64,000 nt of DNA from a candidate division WWE3 bacterium GW2011_GWB1_41_6 (GTDB lineage: Bacteria > Patescibacteriota > WWE3 > UBA101185 > UBA10185). The translations under genes and the position numbers were made by a program. The notes under the pieces were generated by a model. The model did no database searches. It was not told where the DNA came from and worked only from the letters and a program-made list of their open reading frames with translations. Of the stretch, positions 57,836-64,000 are shown one piece after another. The stretch is from assembly GCA_000997355.1 (NCBI GenBank), contig LCBS01000001.1, positions 5,191 to 69,190 on the forward strand, in the 5' to 3' direction. Position 1 is the stretch's first letter. Every line of letters starts with the position of its first letter.

Positions 57836-58855
57836 ATGTTCATGCCGGGAGTATCCATTTTATTTAAGTTTGTATCCATCACCTTATCTTCCTGGTTGCT
57901 TGTTCATGTTCTTGCTATTTTCGGAGGATTTATAGCCTTTGCCTACCCTATCTGGTGGTATCTTTCCCCGGAAAATACAGTCTGTCTTGTTTGCCATGCA
58001 GGAAAAGAACAGAAGTGGTGCTCATTTTGTAGACGTGCGATTAGCAAAACCCAGTTATCACCAAAAAGCATCCGTTCGGCTTTTCTGAACGGAATATTGA
58101 TCTTATTCTTTTCCGTAATTTCCGGATTGGTGGTATATGCCGAGTACGCCCTTATTACAACATATAACCCCTCACTCACCGGAAAAAGCGCGTCGTTCCT
58201 TGTCCCAAGTAGTAACAATAAGCACAAGATCGGTGAGATATTCCCCATGGAGGTTTTTGTTGAAGGTATAAAAACACCTATTAATACTGTTCAAATAGAT
58301 CTTTCCTTTGATCCCTCTACGCTCGAAGCTATAAAAATTTCGACAGATGACTCTTTTGCGACTGTTTTTATTGATAAAGTAATCAACAATGAGGTTGGCT
58401 ATACCAGACTGACCGGAGGTCTACCAAATCCCGGCTATGATCAAAGCAAAGGTTACTTCGGAACGGTGTATTTTAAAGGAAAAATTCCCGGTGTGGCGTT
58501 GGTGGAGTTCTTACCTACATCGGTTGTTCTGGCCAATAACGGGCGCGGAACTAATGTTCTTAAAACTCTTGGTACGGCATCGTTTCTGATTTTACCTGAA
58601 ACCGTTAGTCCGGAAGAAACCGCAAGTCAGGAAGTTAAATTAAATCCGCTTGTTCTCGGAGAATCCACGGATAATACAAAACTCTATTTATACGAGGAAA
58701 ATGATATTTTAGGAACGCAGTCGGAAAGCACGATGGAAGAAGTGGACGTAAGTGAACAAAGTATTTTCACACTGTTTCTGGACGTGCTCCATAAAGTCGA
58801 CGAGCTGATAATATCATTTTGGAAAAACATTTTTGATTTTGTGTTAGGAAAATAA
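57836..58855 (+). CDS. membrane protein with zinc-ribbon-like tetracysteine and a cohesin-like beta domain
   Basis: Two TM helices flank CLVCH ... CSFCRR; extracytoplasmic INTVQIDLSFDPSTLEAIKI ... GYFGTVYFKGKIPGVALVEF. Confidence 0.45.
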   Translation: MFMPGVSILFKFVSITLSSWLLVHVLAIFGGFIAFAYPIWWYLSPENTVCLVCHAGKEQKWCSFCRRAISKTQLSPKSIRSAFLNGILILFFSVISGLVVYAEYALITTYNPSLTGKSASFLVPSSNNKHKIGEIFPMEVFVEGIKTPINTVQIDLSFDPSTLEAIKISTDDSFATVFIDKVINNEVGYTRLTGGLPNPGYDQSKGYFGTVYFKGKIPGVALVEFLPTSVVLANNGRGTNVLKTLGTASFLILPETVSPEETASQEVKLNPLVLGESTDNTKLYLYEENDILGTQSESTMEEVDVSEQSIFTLFLDVLHKVDELIISFWKNIFDFVLGK

Positions 58856-58931
58856 ACCTGATAAATAAAAAAGGTGCGGCGGGGATCGGTTGGATCCTGG
58901 CTGCACCTTTTTGTGGTTAACCGGTTGCTTT

Positions 58932-59198
58932 TTACTTTTTAGCCTGCTGCGCGAGCACTGCATCCCACACGATCGACAATTTAAATTCGTAAGGGTATCC
59001 AGTTGCATCCGTTAATGAGATGAGCTCATCGTCCGGAATATCACTTCTATCCTTGTATCTCATTAACGCCTTATTGAAATCAAAGGCCGAAGAAAAACCA
59101 ATTGTATACCAGACTTTTCCTATCCTGACCTTGTCACCGAGTTTCACGGGATTAGGTCTTTTCGAAGTGTTCTCGTCCATATTTTCTCCATTCTCCAT
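58932..59198 (-). CDS. small hypothetical protein (paralog 1 of 2)
   Basis: 88 aa; shares KLGDKVRIGK ... F(D/N)F(N/A)(K/L)(A/R) ... WDAVL(A/T)(A/Q)Q(A/S)K with ORF 61998..62258. Confidence 0.45.
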   Translation of the reverse strand: MENGENMDENTSKRPNPVKLGDKVRIGKVWYTIGFSSAFDFNKALMRYKDRSDIPDDELISLTDATGYPYEFKLSIVWDAVLAQQAKK

Positions 59199-59216
59199 TT
59201 AATGAGGTTTTGATGT

Positions 59217-59264
59217 CGGTATTATAATACAATTCTGTAAGCCTATCAACCTATAGAGTTGACA
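59217..59264 (-). promoter_or_regulatory. conserved promoter block for small paralog 1
   Basis: Minus strand reads TTGATA, 17 nt, TATAAT; the 21-mer cggtattataatacaattctg and caacctatag recur at 62289. Confidence 0.4.
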
Positions 59265-59337
59265 TAAAATAATATTTCTTATACAATAGCCTATAATATT
59301 AATCGCTTTAAAGGAACTGACTCGGAGGAGGCATGAA

Positions 59338-59703
59338 ATGGGAAACAAAAGTCTAGTATTGGTTGTACCCCTGTTACTTATCATCGCTGTTGCTGTGGTA
59401 ATGTTTGCCGGTACGGAGCCGGACACACCTTTTGCCCAGACGACTGCAATGGACATTGTTCCCTGGGCAATCCTTTCCATCGTTTTGTCGTTTGTGCTAG
59501 GATTTATGGCCAAGATCGGATCAGATTGGTGTCTCATCGGAGGCTTCTTTGCCGTAGCACCGTTCTTTAACGCGCTTATCGGCGGAGGCTCTGTGGGCGC
59601 ACTGGCGCTAAAGCTGGGTGCCGGACCAATCGTTGCTGCGATCATCGCGATTGTGGGGATAATCGTACTGTTTGTGGTCAGCGCCTTTATCATTGACAGT
59701 TAA
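59338..59703 (+). CDS. small polytopic membrane protein
   Basis: RBS ggaggagg; 3-4 TM helices; preferred over the antisense 164-aa ORF. Confidence 0.5.
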   Translation: MGNKSLVLVVPLLLIIAVAVVMFAGTEPDTPFAQTTAMDIVPWAILSIVLSFVLGFMAKIGSDWCLIGGFFAVAPFFNALIGGGSVGALALKLGAGPIVAAIIAIVGIIVLFVVSAFIIDS

Positions 59704-59785
59704 GCAACTAGCAAATTTTTCAAACTCGAGCGTCTTAGTATTTACTTACTGGGACGCTTTTTTATCTCTATCAAACAATTCCAGA

Positions 59786-61957
59786 TTATATTACAATATC
59801 CCCATTCTCCGCGTATGAATATAAATTGGATGCCGTAAGCTCATCTTTATTAACATAAGAAGGAAAAGTCACCTTAAGTTTGTATTTAATTTGAGTGAAA
59901 TCGGGCCCAAAACCATGGACATTTTGCTCAGGGTAGGGAGTTTCATAAAATTTCTCCTCTACAAATGTTGTATAAGGAGAAAGCATAGTGGAGAATAATG
60001 CAGTTTGGACTTTTCTATCCTGACTCAAATTACTGGCAGAAAGCACATTTCCGGTAGATCTAAAAATTTGACGCTTCCCCCATTTACTAAGAACCCACGG
60101 TTCTGTCTCACCTGTTGCTTTCCCACTAGCATCAAGGGTAGAGATAGGAATCTCAAATTCAACCTTCCCCTCAACCGATGTCTGGTACGATTTTACTCTA
60201 GCAGTAAAATGAGCAAATTTTACCCATCTCATATACTGATCACTGACGATTTCCCATTCTTCAGAAGGGATATTTTTCCTCAATTTCAATATATACTTAA
60301 TCTCTTCTTCTAGTCCGAGGAGTTTCTTTTCAAACCCTTCTAATTCTTCAGCGTTAATTTCAGAGGGGTGTTGAATAGCTTTCTTGGCTACAGTAGGTGG
60401 AACTCCTTCGTTCACTGCAAATATGTACTCCCACCTTTTCATTGAGTCTTCAACCGGATCCCGATCCTCACCAAAACGGACCTTATAATATTTTACTGCC
60501 CACTCGTACATTTTAGGACTATCATTTTCAAGTTTATCCGGATCCATAAGCAATAACGAAAACAATTCCGAAAACCGTTCACTATACCTGTCTAACAATT
60601 CTTTTTCCTTATTATCCGAACCCAACATCTGCACATATTGCGTCAAAGCATCCGATTCATAAGGCAACACTGACAGATATTCGGCCATTAACTCCGGATA
60701 GGACAAAAATGATAGGATTTCCCCGTGGGCAACCTCGTGTATACACCCATATACTTCCTCCGGACTAAACTTCTCTCCAACATTTCCCGCCATAAACATG
60801 AATGTTCCGTTACTTGGTCTATACGAACCCCAAATAGAACCGACATCGAGCTGCCCGTCCGTAAATTTCTGGGATATTCTTCCTATACTTAAAACTCCCA
60901 TTTCTCGAGCACTTGATTTAACTATCTTTTCGAGCCGTTGACGCATCTCAACTGGAACAATAACTTCTATCAAGTTACCCAATCTTTCCTCCTCACTCTT
61001 ATCAAAATTCTCAAATCGAGGATCAGGATCATAGTCTTCCAACCCTAAAAATCTCTTTGACCTTGGAATAGTAACATCCAAATATTCTTTAAAATCTCCA
61101 AGACTTGTCTTTTCTTGATCTAAAAGCAAGTAGATCGATTGTTCCCCTATTTCCTTTATAAAAGGCTCCTCCTCAATCCCATAAAAATTTACACGGCTAC
61201 ATAAGTTATCAACAAAAACACTGAGATCTACGGGTGGTTCCATATCTTTACTTTTAAACCACTCAATAGCCCCATTCTCTGCATGTTTACTAAGTCTATG
61301 GACATGTTCTCTAAGACGTTGTTCTTCCTGACACGCATGGGCAATAAGCTCTAATTCCTCAACTGAATATAATTCAGTAACGTTTGTATTTTCTATTCTT
61401 TGATACTCACCGTGGAATTTATCACTAAGCTCCGCATTTGATGCAATTGTGTAAACTTTTATAGCATCATCTTTAGTTACAATCGGCATTTGATATTTTT
61501 CAGCCAGTTTTTGTAGTTCCTCATTAAAAATATCCAAACCGCGTGAATCCGTCACTTTGGTGATCAAAGTCTCATGATATTGAATATCCAATTCCGGGTT
61601 ATTCATATCATTTCGAAAAGCCCAGTAATTTTCGATTACTTTAATACCCTCAGCAGTCTCAGATTCCCAAGTTCTATTAACTTCCTGTATTGCTCTGTTC
61701 TTGATGATTTTTACTAATTCTGGTGCTTTTTCGCGGGATATACTAATCTCAGTTTGCGCTTTTATCTTTTTTATATCTTCTACGGGAATGCCGCTCCACA
61801 ATGCCTCCCTCTCCGAATGTTCGTTCTGAACAGCTTGTTCATTGAAATCTACGATACTATCGATCGATCCTTCGGGAGATGTGGAACCGGGCATAAAATA
61901 ATTGTAACACCGGGGATAAAGGAGAAAAAGTAGAAGAAAAAAAGTGTGTTTTTCCAT
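59786..61957 (-). CDS. large secreted hypothetical protein with HExxH motif
   Basis: Signal peptide; single HEVAH embedded in CIHEVAHGEIL; 723 aa. Confidence 0.45.
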   Translation of the reverse strand: MEKHTFFLLLFLLYPRCYNYFMPGSTSPEGSIDSIVDFNEQAVQNEHSEREALWSGIPVEDIKKIKAQTEISISREKAPELVKIIKNRAIQEVNRTWESETAEGIKVIENYWAFRNDMNNPELDIQYHETLITKVTDSRGLDIFNEELQKLAEKYQMPIVTKDDAIKVYTIASNAELSDKFHGEYQRIENTNVTELYSVEELELIAHACQEEQRLREHVHRLSKHAENGAIEWFKSKDMEPPVDLSVFVDNLCSRVNFYGIEEEPFIKEIGEQSIYLLLDQEKTSLGDFKEYLDVTIPRSKRFLGLEDYDPDPRFENFDKSEEERLGNLIEVIVPVEMRQRLEKIVKSSAREMGVLSIGRISQKFTDGQLDVGSIWGSYRPSNGTFMFMAGNVGEKFSPEEVYGCIHEVAHGEILSFLSYPELMAEYLSVLPYESDALTQYVQMLGSDNKEKELLDRYSERFSELFSLLLMDPDKLENDSPKMYEWAVKYYKVRFGEDRDPVEDSMKRWEYIFAVNEGVPPTVAKKAIQHPSEINAEELEGFEKKLLGLEEEIKYILKLRKNIPSEEWEIVSDQYMRWVKFAHFTARVKSYQTSVEGKVEFEIPISTLDASGKATGETEPWVLSKWGKRQIFRSTGNVLSASNLSQDRKVQTALFSTMLSPYTTFVEEKFYETPYPEQNVHGFGPDFTQIKYKLKVTFPSYVNKDELTASNLYSYAENGDIVI

Positions 61958-61997
61958 TTTTTTGTGGATAGCACACCTTTATTGTTATTTTATACTC

Positions 61998-62258
61998 TCA
62001 CTCTTTGCTTTGAGCTGTTAAAACAGCATCCCATATGTCTTGTACGGAATGTAAAACGATATCTCCCGTTTCAACCAGACGAATAGAAATGAAGTACCCA
62101 TCGGGAAGCTCATCACGGCTATCATAGTGCCGTAAAGCAAAGTTAAAGGCAGTTGTAGACGAGGGCTGAAATTTGTACTTCTTGCCATTGATTTCGATAA
62201 TATCACCCACATTAACAGAACGTGGCTTCGCTGCCGAGGTTTCGCTCATAATATACAT
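61998..62258 (-). CDS. small hypothetical protein (paralog 2 of 2)
   Basis: 86 aa; paralog of 58932..59198. Confidence 0.45.
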   Translation of the reverse strand: MYIMSETSAAKPRSVNVGDIIEINGKKYKFQPSSTTAFNFALRHYDSRDELPDGYFISIRLVETGDIVLHSVQDIWDAVLTAQSKE

Positions 62259-62288
62259 TCTCCTATCTCAAGATTTGTTAACGAATAC

Positions 62289-62328
62289 CGGTATTATAGT
62301 ACAATTCTGCTTCCCTAGCAACCTATAG
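62289..62328 (-). promoter_or_regulatory. conserved promoter block for small paralog 2
   Basis: Minus strand reads TTGCTA, 17 nt, TATAAT; same 21-mer with 1 mismatch. Confidence 0.4.
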
Positions 62329-62460
62329 CTATGTTAACTGAAGGAGGTTTTGTGTAGTTTTTTACATCTAAACCTATCACACAAAACTCTATAGTTTGAT
62401 AATACAGAAACATCATAGTAAAATAACGCAACTATCAGAAGCAGTATCAGGAGAGAAGAT

Positions 62461-62826
62461 ATGCCACTTAGAGTGTACTTACCTAATCAGAACGGTGGCC
62501 GGGGCTTTGTTTGTTTAACAAATGAAGGCAGAATCATAATCACCAGCAAAAAGGGTACAGACAACTTGCCCACGGTGAGCCACCGCCTGTGGAAGATCGA
62601 ACATTTAATGAGACTACCCTACGGCGTTGAAAGACGGTACCGCAAATCCCCCTGGAGAGTTAGTAAAGTGGAGGCTTCGTTAGAGTTTCACACGACAAAT
62701 GAAGCTATTTCTCCGGACCTACCCCGCAGAATCTCGATTTCTATAGAAAATCTGCTCCAGGCATGGAAGGAATTAAACCAAAAGAGCTCTGAGCTAAAGC
62801 ATAAGCTTTATTTTATGCGGAACTGA
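62461..62826 (+). CDS. hypothetical protein
   Basis: 121 aa; followed by a terminator. Confidence 0.35.
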   Translation: MPLRVYLPNQNGGRGFVCLTNEGRIIITSKKGTDNLPTVSHRLWKIEHLMRLPYGVERRYRKSPWRVSKVEASLEFHTTNEAISPDLPRRISISIENLLQAWKELNQKSSELKHKLYFMRN

Positions 62827-62834
62827 TATTCCAA

Positions 62835-62868
62835 ACCCCAAAAAACCACTTTTGGGGTTATTTTTTTA
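62835..62868 (+). terminator. rho-independent terminator
   Basis: ccccaaaa ... ttttgggg followed by a T-run. Confidence 0.45.
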
Positions 62869-63096
62869 TCAGCTTGAATGCACCCCTAACTCACCCCGCT
62901 TCTAGCATTTCACCCAATTACGGTTGTCTGTATAGGTTAAGAGACCAACGCATATCAATAACCGATTAATTTATTACAAACTGTTAACAATTTAGCAACA
63001 AAATATTAAATAATATACGTCATTCTTTCCCAGTATAATAATTTTCTTTTGCTTCAATATGATTAATAAATATCGTTGAATTTTATTTTTAAAGTT

Positions 63097-63130
63097 TCCC
63101 GCAGATATAGTATTCTGCGGATTTTTTGTT
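63097..63130 (+). terminator. rho-independent terminator-like hairpin
   Basis: cccgcaga tatagtatt ctgcggg followed by attttttg. Confidence 0.4.
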
Positions 63131-63148
63131 TGAAAGGGGGTGAATGAT

Positions 63149-64000
63149 ATGAAAATAAGACAAATTACTAAGTATGTGCTGGTTATGGCACTGATGACCG
63201 GGTCGACTTTACTAAGACCAGGTGTTTCTGCTCATCAGGACCCGGCGGGATGTACCGCCAATGGAGGTTTTCTTGGTATCCAGGTTTTCCGGTCTGATGG
63301 TTCTACACCTATAGGAGCCGGTACCGTAGAATCAGGTGAGACGATTAAATACCAAGCTCCTGATGGGGCAGTTAATGATGTAACTCCCGGTGGAGGTATA
63401 CCTTTGGTGTCACCAGGCAACCCTTTCAACTCTGCTTTAGTTAATTATGTTGTCAGCGAAGCAGATGTAAGTGGTGGAAAATTACAAGCCTCAACGCAAT
63501 ATATAGGTGGTCAGTCACATATAGGTGATGCTCATCAGAACTTGAATCTTGGTCCCGCTGATATTGCCGTTAACTATCAGGATGTAGTGTTGGAGGTGAC
63601 TAAAACAGCGTTACCCGCTTTTGACAGCGAGTGTACTTGGGATATAACCAAGGAGGTTGATGTAGCTCAACACGACCTACTCTCAGGTGATAGTGGAACG
63701 TCTAATTATGATGTCACTGTGACTTCGACAGGGTGTGTAGATTCAAAATATAGAGTGAGTGGGAAAATAACCATACACAACCCAGCACAGTTCGCTAATG
63801 CGGTAATCACAGGCGTAAGCGACAGTGTAAATGGTACTGTAGCAACGGTTGACTGTACTACAGACCCCTCGTTTACATCATTTCCGTTTAACCTGATACC
63901 GGGTGGAACACTTACTTGCGACTACACCGCGAACCTGCCAAATAGCTCAACGTTAACCAATACAGCAACCGCTACAACCAGCGGTGATGTAGGTGGAGGT
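63149..64000 (+). CDS. secreted repeat-domain protein, 5' partial (continues past the window end)
   Basis: RBS aagggggtga; signal peptide MKIRQITKYVLVMALMTGSTLL; open to position 64000; GC-richer; absent from the ORF track because it has no stop. Confidence 0.45.
   Translation, partial: MKIRQITKYVLVMALMTGSTLLRPGVSAHQDPAGCTANGGFLGIQVFRSDGSTPIGAGTVESGETIKYQAPDGAVNDVTPGGGIPLVSPGNPFNSALVNYVVSEADVSGGKLQASTQYIGGQSHIGDAHQNLNLGPADIAVNYQDVVLEVTKTALPAFDSECTWDITKEVDVAQHDLLSGDSGTSNYDVTVTSTGCVDSKYRVSGKITIHNPAQFANAVITGVSDSVNGTVATVDCTTDPSFTSFPFNLIPGGTLTCDYTANLPNSSTLTNTATATTSGDVGGG

Noticed and set aside
59199-59693. 164-aa minus-strand ORF
   Set aside because: It overlaps the + strand 121-aa membrane protein, which has a strong RBS and clean TM helices. 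The minus ORF is Pro/Ala/Thr low-complexity typical of antisense.
63235-63429. 64-aa minus-strand ORF
   Set aside because: It is antisense to the signal-peptide-bearing + strand partial CDS that starts at 63149.
1-64000. CRISPR arrays, rRNA, transposase/IS elements
   Set aside because: I looked for regularly spaced direct repeats and transposase motifs and saw none. The only periodic repeats are the in-frame 21-bp coding repeats at 53059-53250.

Overview
The window reads as a low-GC (about 40% by eye) bacterial chromosome with many small orphan secreted and membrane proteins. Context is a type IV pilus operon, lone receiver domains and DUF-rich surface proteins. This is consistent with a Patescibacteria/CPR-like or other small-genome Gram-positive-like organism, though the assignment is an inference. 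Housekeeping content: CPA2 and CaCA antiporters, a HAD phosphatase, a PCD dehydratase, a cell-wall trio (amidase_2, M42-like peptidase, GT4 sugar-phosphate transferase), tRNA-Pro(GGG), a TrmB/TruB pair, a GT39-like glycosyltransferase and a DnaQ-exonuclease/GIY-YIG fusion. Larger blocks are: (i) a pilB-pilC-five-pilin operon, where PilC carries a C-terminal SH3b domain, followed by a two-component block with three receiver-only regulators; (ii) an ~8 kb copper/thiol island (csoR, 2x DUF1573, CcdA-like, cupredoxin, copA, and an HMA-membrane-cupredoxin fusion); (iii) a GC-richer segment with a compact reverse transcriptase (motif C reads YADN) between a rhomboid protease and a small ORF, bracketed by near-identical bidirectional terminator hairpins; (iv) a ~10 kb surface-protein island: a 1381-aa protein with tandem phage-tail-collar-like (LPxHTH) and FN3 domains, a protein built on a 21-bp tandem repeat (HSxIL heptads), paralogous signal-peptide/C-anchor proteins, and an adjacent dockerin-like/cohesin-like pair; (v) an HExxH 723-aa protein flanked by two paralogous 86-88 aa genes with duplicated promoters. 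No CRISPR array, rRNA or obvious transposase was seen. All family calls are motif-based by eye; no searches were run.
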